Assembly (NCBI GenBank): GCA_951406725.2
Contig: OX597823.1
Span: 32,612,001 to 32,676,000 of the forward strand
From: Octopus vulgaris
Taxonomy: Eukaryota
DNA: 64,000 bases
Reading direction: 5' to 3'
The notes beneath the pieces are model-generated. The model was given only the letters and a program-made list of their open reading frames with translations, ran no database searches and had not been told where the DNA came from. Position numbers and translations under genes: made by a program. Shown here one piece after another: positions 63,984 to 64,000 of the stretch. Each line of letters starts with the position of its first letter. Position 1 is the stretch's first letter.

Positions 63984-64000
63984 CCTTAAAGAACACTGAA

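Overview
Eukaryotic, AT-rich, repeat-saturated DNA with no recognisable host protein-coding exon. The tRNA-headed SINE families and the (TA)n/(TG)n load point to an octopus genome (inference). Almost all long ORFs in the track are microsatellite artefacts. The real content is: (1) a young, nearly intact CR1-group LINE (APE endonuclease + RT, 12989-16289) inside a roughly 9-kb (TA)n array that also holds several other insertions; (2) decayed Penelope-like elements (PLEs) of three types; (3) RTE, mariner and hAT remnants, piggyBac and hAT MITEs, a Helitron and a Helentron-like element; (4) many SINEs. The most interesting signal is a set of short non-coding cassettes carrying minimal type I hammerhead ribozyme folds. 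One approximately 205-bp family is present twice with the same ends, both copies in (TA)n, and its core has the C3:G8 tertiary pair swapped to G3:C8 (GUGAACA instead of CUGANGA). Also notable: an in-phase U UUU UUA slippery site at the LINE ORF1/ORF2 junction, a perfect fold-back at the LINE 5' junction, a two-hairpin 3' structure shared by the LINE and neighbouring SINEs, and a pre-miRNA-like hairpin at 58203-58262. Everything was read by eye; boundaries of decayed repeats are approximate and no RNA activity is demonstrated.
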